Origin: Escherichia coli
GTDB lineage: Bacteria > Pseudomonadota > Gammaproteobacteria > Enterobacterales > Enterobacteriaceae
Strand: one strand, 5' to 3'
NCBI RefSeq assembly: GCF_003334315.1
Contig: NZ_QOWR01000016.1
Length of the DNA: 64,000 bases
The notes beneath the pieces are model-generated. The model saw only the letters and a program-made list of their open reading frames with translations. It was not told the origin of the DNA and did no database searches. Within the stretch, counting starts at the first letter, position 1, and every line of letters starts with the position of its first letter. The position numbers and the translations under genes are program-made. This document shows, piece after piece, positions 15,270 through 26,391 of this stretch.

Positions 15270-16235
15270 ATGAAGCAGCAGGCAGGCATTGGCATTCTTT
15301 TGGCGCTCACCACAGCAATTTGCTGGGGGGCGTTGCCAATCGCAATGAAGCAGGTGCTGGAGGTGATGGAACCTCCGACAATCGTGTTTTACCGTTTCTT
15401 GATGGCGAGTATTGGCCTGGGTGCCATTCTTGCGGTGAAGAAGAGGTTGCCGCCATTACGCGTGTTTCGTAAGCCACGCTGGTTGATTTTGTTGGCAGTG
15501 GCGACCGCCGGGCTGTTTGGGAACTTCATCCTGTTCAGCTCATCCTTGCAATACCTGAGTCCGACCGCTTCGCAGGTGATTGGGCAACTCTCGCCAGTTG
15601 GCATGATGGTTGCCAGCGTATTTATCCTGAAAGAGAAAATGCGCAGCACTCAGGTTGTAGGGGCATTGATGCTCCTGAGCGGCCTGGTGATGTTTTTTAA
15701 CACCAGTCTGGTCGAGATATTTACAAAGCTCACCGATTACACCTGGGGAGTTATCTTTGGGGTCGGTGCTGCGACGGTTTGGGTGAGTTATGGCGTGGCG
15801 CAAAAGGTTTTATTGCGTCGGCTGGCCTCACCGCAGATCCTGTTTTTACTGTACACTTTATGTACAATTGCGCTCTTCCCTCTGGCAAAGCCTGGAGTGA
15901 TAGCGCAGCTTAGCCACTGGCAGCTCGCATGTTTAATTTTTTGCGGACTGAATACATTGGTAGGATATGGCGCCCTGGCGGAAGCGATGGCTCGCTGGCA
16001 GGCAGCGCAGGTGAGCGCGATCATCACGCTCACCCCACTGTTTACGCTGTTTTTTTCAGATCTTTTATCACTGGCCTGGCCCGATTTCTTCGCCAGACCG
16101 ATGTTAAACCTTTTAGGTTATCTCGGTGCGTTTGTCGTGGTTGCGGGCGCGATGTATTCCGCCATTGGTCATCGTATTTGGGGCGGATTACGTAAGCATA
16201 CAACGGTGGTATCGCAACCCCGCGCAGGCGAATGA
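15270..16235 (+). CDS. yhbE: EamA/DMT-family inner membrane transporter
   Basis: 321-aa polytopic ORF matching YhbE; sits between rpmA and obgE as in E. coli. Confidence 0.88.
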   Translation: MKQQAGIGILLALTTAICWGALPIAMKQVLEVMEPPTIVFYRFLMASIGLGAILAVKKRLPPLRVFRKPRWLILLAVATAGLFGNFILFSSSLQYLSPTASQVIGQLSPVGMMVASVFILKEKMRSTQVVGALMLLSGLVMFFNTSLVEIFTKLTDYTWGVIFGVGAATVWVSYGVAQKVLLRRLASPQILFLLYTLCTIALFPLAKPGVIAQLSHWQLACLIFCGLNTLVGYGALAEAMARWQAAQVSAIITLTPLFTLFFSDLLSLAWPDFFARPMLNLLGYLGAFVVVAGAMYSAIGHRIWGGLRKHTTVVSQPRAGE

Positions 16236-17423
<1,188 letters not shown>

Positions 17424-17439
17424 TCACTGATGATAAACG

Positions 17440-17550
<111 letters not shown>

Positions 17551-17576
17551 CAAAGCGCACTTTGTCAATAATCTGA

Positions 17577-17606
17577 AGCCCCGGCCATGTGCCGGGGTTT
17601 CTTTTT
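17577..17606. terminator. Hairpin terminator between convergent obgE and dacB
   Basis: AAGCCCCGGCCATGTGCCGGGGTTTCTTTTT; A-rich upstream and T-rich downstream, so it could work in both directions. Confidence 0.65.
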
Positions 17607-17608
17607 GA

Positions 17609-19042
17609 CTAATTGTTCTGATAAATATCTTTATACAAACGGCTTTCAAAACGCACTAACGGAATACGGCGATTACGCTGATCCGCAGGTTCTACTGCAT
17701 AGCCAGAAAGATATTGCACAAACGCCATTCGTTGCCCGCTCGCTGTGGTAATGAATCCCGCCAGGTTATATACCCCCTGCAACGAACCGGTTTTCGCTGA
17801 GACTTTTCCATCCACGCCCGCCTGATGCAGACCTGCACGGTACTGCAAAGAGCCGTCATAGCCCGCCAGCGGCAGCATGGAGATAAAGTTAAGTTCATTG
17901 TCGTGTTGGGCAATGTATTGCAGCACCTGCATCATGGTGGCGGGGGCAATCAGGTTATGCCGCGAAAGCCCTGAACCATCGGCAATAATGGTGTTTCCAA
18001 TATCGACACCGGCTTGCTGGCGCAGGATCTGACGCACGGCGTCCGACCCGGCCCGCCATGTTCCAGGCACATTGAAGCGCGCATGGCCTATCATGCGGAA
18101 AACCGTATCGGCGATCATGTTGTCCGACTTTTTCAGCATAATCTTAAGCAGATCGTGCAGCGGGGCCGACTGTTTACTGGCAACTACCGTTCCAGGTTCG
18201 TTAACCTGAGTCTGGCGCAGCAGTGTTCCGCTCCAGGTGATACCCGCCTGTTTTAACTCATCTTTCAGAATTGCACCGGCATAGCTGGCTCCATCCTGCA
18301 CGGCAAAAGCCAACGGGAGCGGCTCAGAACGTTGTGGCAGGCATCCCGTCAGCGTAAAGCGGTTCAGGTCGCCTGGCACCACATCCAGTTCGCAGTATTG
18401 CGCTTCGGCAGAACCACGGGGGAGGGTGCGTACCTGGCTGAACATCGTAACGGGGTAATAAGATGCCACGCGTATAAAAGCCATATCACCAGGCTTTGGG
18501 GCACTGTAGAGCGAGACGGAGAAACAGTTGCGGTCAACTATGGCGGCGGCAGGCGGAGCGCTAAAGCATTGTGTCATGTCATTCCATGGCCAGCCGGGGG
18601 CTTTATCGTGGCTGGCGAAAATGGAGGTATCTATCAACACATTGCCATCGATTTGGTTGACGCCAGATTTTTTCAAAGTCGCGACCATATTGCGAATTTC
18701 CTGACGTTTTAACGTCGGATCGGCACCAAATCGCGCCACTAAGTCACCCTTAAGTACGCCGTTTTCCACATTGCCTTTGGTTTCAAGCGTCGTGGTAAAA
18801 CGAAAATCGGGGCCGAGTTGAATCAACGCCGCCAGCGCAGTAATCACTTTCTGGGTACTGGCAGGCAGCGCCATCTGCTGACTGTGGTAATCAATAGCGG
18901 GGGCCGACGCGCCGACTTTTTGCACCATCAGGGCAAGGTTGGCACCAGCGGGGAGTTGAGTAATGTACTCATCAACATTTGCGGCCTGAACACTGAACGC
19001 TATACAGCTGGTCAATCCGATGATAAATCTGGAAAATCGCAT
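17609..19042 (-). CDS. dacB: D-alanyl-D-alanine carboxypeptidase/endopeptidase PBP4
   Basis: 477-aa ORF with signal peptide and STQK active-site motif (PASTQKVITALAAL); matches DacB. Confidence 0.96.
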   Translation of the reverse strand: MRFSRFIIGLTSCIAFSVQAANVDEYITQLPAGANLALMVQKVGASAPAIDYHSQQMALPASTQKVITALAALIQLGPDFRFTTTLETKGNVENGVLKGDLVARFGADPTLKRQEIRNMVATLKKSGVNQIDGNVLIDTSIFASHDKAPGWPWNDMTQCFSAPPAAAIVDRNCFSVSLYSAPKPGDMAFIRVASYYPVTMFSQVRTLPRGSAEAQYCELDVVPGDLNRFTLTGCLPQRSEPLPLAFAVQDGASYAGAILKDELKQAGITWSGTLLRQTQVNEPGTVVASKQSAPLHDLLKIMLKKSDNMIADTVFRMIGHARFNVPGTWRAGSDAVRQILRQQAGVDIGNTIIADGSGLSRHNLIAPATMMQVLQYIAQHDNELNFISMLPLAGYDGSLQYRAGLHQAGVDGKVSAKTGSLQGVYNLAGFITTASGQRMAFVQYLSGYAVEPADQRNRRIPLVRFESRLYKDIYQNN

Positions 19043-19118
19043 AATCTCGCGCTAACAACCTGGAATCGAGCCGTCATACTACGGCGCAACGCCCTATAAA
19101 GTAAACGATGACCCTTCG

Positions 19119-19146
19119 GGAACTTCAGGGTAAAATGACTATCAAA
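19119..19146 (+). promoter_or_regulatory. Candidate sigma-E (sigma-24) promoter upstream of greA
   Basis: GGAACTT -16 nt- TCAAA matches the sigma-E -35/-10 consensus; greA is a reported sigma-E regulon member. Confidence 0.6.
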
Positions 19147-19161
19147 ATGTGAATTGTAGCT

Positions 19162-19197
19162 GACCTGGGACTTGTACCCGGGTCGGTATTTTTTTGC
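19162..19197 (+). terminator. graL: Intrinsic terminator/attenuator in greA leader (end of GraL leader RNA)
   Basis: GC-rich hairpin GACCTGGGACTTGTACCCGGGTC followed by a run of 8 T, about 100 nt upstream of the greA start. Confidence 0.6.
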
Positions 19198-19289
19198 TTC
19201 TGGTCCCGGTGAGGAGTTATGCCGGGCAGGCCGAACAGCCGGGGTGGGTGAAGACTTGCCCCATCAGGAATATTCAAGAGGTATAACAA

Positions 19290-19766
<477 letters not shown>

Positions 19767-19810
19767 GAATTACCCAATACTCAAGATGTTGATGTATTGT
19801 AAAGAAAGGA

Positions 19811-19836
19811 AAAAGGCCGCTATGCGGCCTTTTATC
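19811..19836. terminator. Hairpin terminator between convergent greA and yhbY
   Basis: AAAAAGGCCGCTATGCGGCCTTTTAT. Confidence 0.7.
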
Positions 19837-19921
19837 AACGAACAGAGCGTGGCATTTTGCTCTCCTGCCTGCGGAAAACCCCTCGTTTTACACAGCAAAT
19901 GTGTGTAACTTTAGGATAATC

Positions 19922-20215
19922 TTAGCGTGGCAGCGAGATTTTACGTTCTTTAGTTGGGCGATAAAGCACCAGCGTTTTACCGATGACCTGTACATTACAG
20001 GCGCCGGTTTCGCGCACGATAGCTTCCACGATCAAGGTTTTAGTTTCGCGATCTTCGGTGGCGATTTTCACCTTGATGAGTTCATGGTGCTCTAACGCTT
20101 GTTCAATCTCGGCCAGCACCCCTTCGGTCAAACCATTACTGCCAAGCAGAACAACTGGCTTGAGCGGATGTGCCAGACCTTTCAGGTGCTGTTTTTGTTT
20201 AGTACTCAGATTCAT
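19922..20215 (-). CDS. yhbY: CRS1/YhbY-family RNA-binding protein
   Basis: 97-aa ORF MNLSTKQKQHLKGLAHPLKPVVLLG; matches YhbY. Confidence 0.93.
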   Translation of the reverse strand: MNLSTKQKQHLKGLAHPLKPVVLLGSNGLTEGVLAEIEQALEHHELIKVKIATEDRETKTLIVEAIVRETGACNVQVIGKTLVLYRPTKERKISLPR

Positions 20216-20239
20216 CGTATTTTTTGCTTACGTTGGGAT

Positions 20240-20280
20240 TGAAAACGGGTCATTCTACCGCCATCTCCCATATATCACCA
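20240..20280 (+). promoter_or_regulatory. Possible sigma-32 heat-shock promoter of rlmE-ftsH operon
   Basis: ATTGAAA ... CCGCCATCT resembles CTTGAAA-N13-15-CCCCATNT; rlmE-ftsH are known heat-shock genes; match is imperfect. Confidence 0.35.
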
Positions 20281-20340
20281 AATAGGCGCGTAAAAATTTA
20301 CGCAATTGGTTACGATGAGTTATCCCCATGGGAAAGTTAA

Positions 20341-20970
20341 ATGACAGGTAAGAAGCGTTCTGCCAGCTCCAGCCGCTGGCTTCAGGAACACTTTAGCGAT
20401 AAATATGTTCAACAGGCACAGAAAAAGGGGTTACGTTCCCGTGCCTGGTTTAAACTTGATGAAATACAGCAAAGTGACAAACTCTTTAAACCGGGAATGA
20501 CGGTTGTCGACCTTGGTGCTGCTCCGGGTGGTTGGTCACAATATGTGGTCACCCAAATTGGCGGCAAAGGCCGCATCATCGCTTGCGATCTTTTACCTAT
20601 GGATCCTATCGTTGGTGTGGACTTTCTTCAGGGCGATTTTCGTGATGAACTGGTGATGAAAGCACTGCTGGAGCGCGTTGGCGACAGCAAAGTCCAGGTT
20701 GTCATGTCCGATATGGCACCAAACATGAGCGGAACACCGGCGGTGGATATCCCCCGTGCCATGTATCTGGTGGAACTGGCGCTAGAAATGTGTCGTGATG
20801 TATTAGCGCCAGGTGGCAGTTTTGTAGTGAAGGTGTTCCAGGGCGAAGGTTTCGATGAGTATCTAAGGGAAATTCGCTCCCTGTTTACGAAGGTTAAAGT
20901 TCGTAAGCCGGACTCTTCTCGTGCACGTTCGCGGGAAGTGTATATTGTAGCGACCGGGCGTAAACCCTAA
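20341..20970 (+). CDS. rlmE: 23S rRNA U2552 2'-O-methyltransferase (FtsJ/RrmJ)
   Basis: 209-aa ORF with SAM-binding motif [12 protein letters not shown]; matches RlmE. Confidence 0.96.
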
Positions 20971-21069
20971 CCGGGAGATTTCAGACGAAAGTTTGAAAGA
21001 TGCTGGATATAGAGTATCCTGACGCTGTTTTTAACACAGTTGTAATAAGAGGTTAATCCCTTGAGTGAC

Positions 21070-23004
21070 ATGGCGAAAAACCTAATACTCTGGCTGGTCA
21101 TTGCCGTTGTGCTGATGTCAGTATTCCAGAGCTTTGGGCCCAGCGAGTCTAATGGCCGTAAGGTGGATTACTCTACCTTCCTACAAGAGGTCAATAACGA
21201 CCAGGTTCGTGAAGCGCGTATCAACGGACGTGAAATCAACGTTACCAAGAAAGATAGTAACCGTTATACCACTTACATTCCGGTTCAGGATCCGAAATTA
21301 CTGGATAACCTGTTGACCAAGAACGTCAAGGTTGTCGGTGAACCGCCTGAAGAACCAAGCCTGCTGGCTTCTATCTTCATCTCCTGGTTCCCGATGCTGT
21401 TGCTGATTGGTGTCTGGATCTTCTTCATGCGTCAAATGCAGGGCGGCGGTGGCAAAGGTGCCATGTCGTTTGGTAAGAGCAAAGCGCGCATGTTGACGGA
21501 AGATCAGATCAAAACGACCTTTGCTGACGTTGCGGGCTGCGACGAAGCAAAAGAAGAAGTTGCTGAACTGGTTGAGTATCTGCGCGAGCCGAGCCGCTTC
21601 CAGAAACTCGGCGGTAAGATCCCGAAAGGCGTCCTGATGGTCGGTCCTCCGGGTACCGGTAAAACGCTGCTGGCGAAAGCGATTGCAGGCGAAGCGAAAG
21701 TTCCGTTCTTTACTATCTCCGGTTCTGACTTCGTAGAAATGTTCGTCGGTGTGGGTGCATCCCGTGTTCGTGACATGTTCGAACAGGCGAAGAAAGCGGC
21801 ACCGTGCATCATCTTTATCGATGAAATCGACGCCGTAGGCCGCCAGCGTGGCGCTGGTCTGGGCGGTGGTCACGATGAACGTGAACAGACTCTGAACCAG
21901 ATGCTGGTTGAGATGGATGGCTTCGAAGGTAACGAAGGTATCATCGTTATCGCCGCGACTAACCGTCCGGACGTTCTCGACCCGGCCCTGCTGCGTCCTG
22001 GCCGTTTCGACCGTCAGGTTGTGGTTGGCTTGCCAGATGTTCGCGGTCGTGAGCAGATCCTGAAAGTTCACATGCGTCGCGTACCATTGGCACCCGATAT
22101 CGACGCGGCAATCATTGCCCGTGGTACTCCTGGTTTCTCCGGTGCTGACCTGGCGAACCTGGTGAACGAAGCGGCACTGTTCGCTGCTCGTGGCAACAAA
22201 CGCGTTGTGTCGATGGTTGAGTTCGAGAAAGCGAAAGACAAAATCATGATGGGTGCGGAACGTCGCTCCATGGTGATGACGGAAGCGCAGAAAGAATCAA
22301 CGGCTTACCACGAAGCGGGTCATGCGATTATCGGTCGCCTGGTGCCGGAACACGATCCGGTGCACAAAGTGACGATTATCCCACGCGGTCGTGCGCTGGG
22401 TGTGACTTTCTTCTTGCCTGAGGGCGACGCAATCAGCGCCAGCCGTCAGAAACTGGAAAGCCAGATTTCTACGCTGTACGGTGGTCGTCTGGCAGAAGAG
22501 ATCATCTACGGGCCGGAACATGTTTCTACCGGTGCGTCCAACGATATTAAAGTTGCGACCAACCTGGCACGTAACATGGTGACTCAGTGGGGCTTCTCTG
22601 AGAAATTGGGTCCACTGCTGTACGCGGAAGAAGAAGGTGAAGTGTTCCTCGGCCGTAGCGTAGCGAAAGCGAAACATATGTCCGATGAAACTGCACGTAT
22701 CATCGACCAGGAAGTGAAAGCACTGATTGAGCGTAACTATAATCGTGCGCGTCAGCTTCTGACCGACAATATGGATATTCTGCATGCGATGAAAGATGCT
22801 CTCATGAAATATGAGACTATCGACGCACCGCAGATTGATGACCTGATGGCACGTCGCGATGTACGTCCGCCAGCGGGCTGGGAAGAACCAGGCGCTTCTA
22901 ACAATTCTGGCGACAATGGTAGTCCAAAGGCTCCTCGTCCGGTTGATGAACCGCGTACGCCGAACCCGGGTAACACCATGTCAGAGCAGTTAGGCGACAA
23001 GTAA
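21070..23004 (+). CDS. ftsH: ATP-dependent zinc metalloprotease FtsH
   Basis: 644-aa product [18 protein letters not shown] Walker [14 protein letters not shown] zinc motif; track ORF starts 3 codons upstream at TTG. Confidence 0.96.
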
Positions 23005-23036
23005 GTTCCCGCATCAGATGACTGTATTTGTACCGA

Positions 23037-23067
23037 AAACCCCGGGGCGTGCTCCGGGGTTTTTTCT
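23037..23067 (+). terminator. Intrinsic terminator after ftsH (upstream of folP)
   Basis: AAAACCCCGGGGCGTGCTCCGGGGTTTTTTC. Confidence 0.75.
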
Positions 23068-23093
23068 TATCAATTCATACCAGGGATAACATC

Positions 23094-23942
23094 ATGAAAC
23101 TCTTTGCCCAGGGTACTTCACTGGACCTTAGCCATCCTCACGTAATGGGGATCCTCAACGTCACGCCTGATTCCTTTTCGGATGGTGGCACGCATAACTC
23201 GCTGATAGATGCGGTGAAACATGCGAATCTGATGATCAACGCTGGCGCGACGATCATTGACGTTGGTGGCGAGTCCACGCGCCCAGGGGCGGCGGAAGTT
23301 AGCGTTGAAGAAGAGTTGCAACGTGTTATTCCTGTGGTTGAGGCAATTGCTCAACGCTTCGAAGTCTGGATCTCGGTAGATACATCCAAACCAGAAGTCA
23401 TCCGTGAGTCAGCGAAAGTTGGCGCTCACATTATTAATGATATCCGCTCCCTTTCCGAACCTGGCGCTCTGGAGGCGGCTGCAGAAACCGGTTTACCGGT
23501 TTGTCTGATGCATATGCAGGGAAATCCAAAAACCATGCAGGAAGCTCCGAAGTATGACGATGTCTTTGCAGAAGTGAATCGCTACTTTATTGAGCAAATA
23601 GCACGTTGCGAGCAGGCGGGTATCGCAAAAGAGAAATTGTTGCTCGACCCCGGATTCGGTTTCGGTAAAAATCTCTCCCATAACTATTCATTACTGGCGC
23701 GCCTGGCTGAATTTCACCATTTCAACCTGCCGCTGTTGGTAGGTATGTCACGAAAATCGATGATTGGGCAGCTGCTGAACGTGGGGCCGTCCGAGCGCCT
23801 GAGCGGTAGTCTGGCCTGTGCGGTCATTGCCGCAATGCAAGGCGCGCACATTATTCGTGTTCATGACGTCAAAGAAACCGTAGAAGCGATGCGGGTGGTG
23901 GAAGCCACTCTGTCTGCAAAGGAAAACAAACGCTATGAGTAA
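23094..23942 (+). CDS. folP: Dihydropteroate synthase
   Basis: Track ORF trimmed to [32 protein letters not shown] giving 282 aa; matches FolP. Confidence 0.95.
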
Positions 23943-25272
23943 TCGTAAATATTTCGGTACCGATGGGATTCGTGGTCGTGTAGGGGATGCGCCGATCACA
24001 CCTGATTTTGTGCTTAAGCTGGGTTGGGCCGCGGGTAAAGTGCTGGCGCGCCACGGCTCCCGTAAGATCATTATTGGTAAAGACACGCGTATTTCTGGCT
24101 ATATGCTGGAGTCAGCACTGGAAGCGGGTCTGGCGGCAGCGGGCCTTTCCGCACTCTTCACTGGCCCGATGCCAACACCGGCCGTGGCTTATCTGACGCG
24201 TACCTTCCGCGCAGAGGCCGGAATTGTGATATCTGCATCGCATAACCCGTTCTACGATAATGGCATTAAATTCTTCTCTATCGACGGCACCAAACTGCCG
24301 GATGCGGTAGAAGAGGCCATCGAAGCGGAAATGGAAAAGGAGATCAGCTGCGTTGATTCGGCAGAACTGGGTAAAGCCAGCCGTATCGTTGATGCCGCGG
24401 GTCGCTATATCGAGTTTTGCAAAGCCACGTTCCCGAACGAACTTAGCCTCAGTGAACTGAAGATTGTGGTGGATTGTGCAAACGGTGCGACTTATCACAT
24501 CGCGCCGAACGTGCTGCGCGAACTGGGGGCGAACGTTATCGCTATCGGTTGTGAGCCAAACGGTGTAAACATCAATGCCGAAGTGGGGGCTACCGACGTT
24601 CGCGCGCTCCAGGCTCGTGTGCTGGCTGAAAAAGCGGATCTCGGTATTGCCTTCGACGGCGATGGCGATCGCGTGATTATGGTTGACCATGAAGGCAATA
24701 AAGTCGATGGCGATCAGATCATGTATATCATCGCGCGTGAAGGTCTTCGTCAGGGCCAGCTGCGTGGTGGCGCTGTGGGTACATTGATGAGCAACATGGG
24801 GCTTGAACTGGCGCTGAAACAGTTAGGAATTCCATTTGCGCGCGCGAAAGTGGGTGACCGCTACGTACTGGAAAAAATGCAGGAGAAAGGCTGGCGTATC
24901 GGTGCAGAGAATTCCGGTCATGTGATCCTGCTGGATAAAACTACTACCGGTGACGGCATCGTTGCTGGCTTGCAGGTGCTGGCGGCTATGGCACGTAACC
25001 ATATGAGCCTGCACGACCTTTGCAGCGGCATGAAAATGTTCCCGCAGATTCTGGTTAACGTACGTTACACCGCAGGTAGCGGCGATCCACTTGAGCATGA
25101 GTCAGTTAAAGCCGTGACCGCAGAGGTTGAAGCTGCGCTGGGCAACCGTGGACGCGTGTTGCTGCGTAAATCCGGCACCGAACCGTTAATTCGCGTGATG
25201 GTGGAAGGCGAAGACGAAGCGCAGGTGACTGAATTTGCACACCGCATCGCCGATGCAGTAAAAGCCGTTTAA
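23935..25272 (+). CDS. glmM: Phosphoglucosamine mutase
   Basis: 445-aa [20 protein letters not shown] with active-site SASHNP; matches GlmM; overlaps folP 3' end. Confidence 0.97.
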
Positions 25273-25290
25273 AGCGTTAGATAACTGGCT

Positions 25291-25318
25291 AAAAAGGCGG
25301 CGATTGTCGCCTTTTTTC
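25291..25318 (+). terminator. Intrinsic terminator after glmM
   Basis: AAAAAGGCGGCGATTGTCGCCTTTTTTC. Confidence 0.7.
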
Positions 25319-25499
25319 TCAGCGAACACATCGGTTTTGCTGTTTTTTTCCGCAGTTGATACAATGCGATAAAATTGCCCTTGCGAAGGTCATTCGCTTT
25401 GGTTAGTATTCACACCCGCTTCAGTGGGAAAGATTAAAAACTCCCGCTTTATTGGTTGAAGCATTGGTACGCGGCAACTCCGCAAGGAACAGGTTGATT

Positions 25500-25832
25500 A
25501 TGTACGAAGCTCTTTTAGTAGTTTTCCTTATTGTGGCAATTGGCCTTGTTGGTCTGATCATGCTGCAGCAAGGTAAAGGCGCTGATATGGGAGCCTCCTT
25601 CGGAGCAGGCGCTTCCGCTACGCTGTTTGGTTCAAGTGGTTCTGGTAACTTCATGACCCGCATGACGGCGCTGCTGGCAACGTTATTCTTCATCATCAGT
25701 CTGGTGCTGGGTAACATCAATAGCAACAAAACCAATAAAGGTAGCGAATGGGAAAATCTGAGTGCACCGGTGAAAACCGAACAAACTCAACCAGCTGCTC
25801 CGGCTAAGCCGACCAGCGATATCCCGAACTAA
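25500..25832 (+). CDS. secG: Protein translocase subunit SecG
   Basis: Track ORF trimmed to MYEALLVVFLIVAIGLVGLIMLQQGKGADMG giving 110 aa; matches SecG. Confidence 0.95.
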   Translation: MYEALLVVFLIVAIGLVGLIMLQQGKGADMGASFGAGASATLFGSSGSGNFMTRMTALLATLFFIISLVLGNINSNKTNKGSEWENLSAPVKTEQTQPAAPAKPTSDIPN

Positions 25833-25846
25833 AAAGTAGTATCCGT

Positions 25847-25933
25847 GCCGAGGTGGTGGAATTGGTAGACACGCTACCTTGAGGTGGTAGTGCCCAATAG
25901 GGCTTACGGGTTCAAGTCCCGTCCTCGGTACCA
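25847..25933 (+). tRNA. leuU: tRNA-Leu
   Basis: GCCGAGGTGGTGGAATTGGTAGACACGCTACCTTGAGGTGGTAGTGCCCAATAGGGCTTACGGGTTCAAGTCCCGTCCTCGGTACCA: long-variable-arm class II tRNA with CCA end, immediately 3' of secG as for E. coli leuU. Confidence 0.9.
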
Positions 25934-25941
25934 AATTCCAG

Positions 25942-25975
25942 AAAAGAGACGCTGAAAAGCGTCTTTTTTCGTTTT
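25942..25975 (+). terminator. Intrinsic terminator after leuU tRNA
   Basis: AAAGAGACGCTGAAAAGCGTCTTTTTTCGTTTT. Confidence 0.75.
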
Positions 25976-26391
25976 GGTCCTGGTCTGAGGAATGGTTGTC
26001 AGGTATCTGTATCTCGTCCAGTTGCTTTACTCGTAGCTGGTACCTTGAAACGATGGTGCCGGTACGCCTTAGTTATAAACTTTTCCCTTCTGCTGACATA
26101 ATTGGCACTTTATTGTGTCAACTCCAGTTCCGGTACGAATACGGATATGTTTACTTCTCGATAAACCATCCTGCTCCTGTCAGTATAACTACTGATGGCT
26201 ACGTTCTGCGTAATGTTTAGAGACGCATTGATAATGTTATTTAATTACTGAGAACGCAATGGCCGCATCATTTAAAAAGAAAAAACTAACAGTGTTTCGG
26301 TCTGATATGGATCAGAGTTGAAAAACATGTCTGATATAAAATTAAACATTGTTGATAATTGTTTATATTGGTTGTGAACTTGGATTTCTGG

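Noticed and set aside
21298-22071. 257-aa ORF on the minus strand antisense to ftsH
   Set aside because: Antisense frame within ftsH; no support.
23028-23093. N-terminal extensions proposed by the ORF track (for example folP from 23028, yraK from 55573, agaD from 62674, kdsD from 6759, deaD from 40079, lpoA from 54635)
   Set aside because: The extended frames begin upstream of the conserved N-termini, often overlap the preceding gene or its terminator, and lack signal-peptide or RBS logic; internal starts matching the known proteins were used instead.
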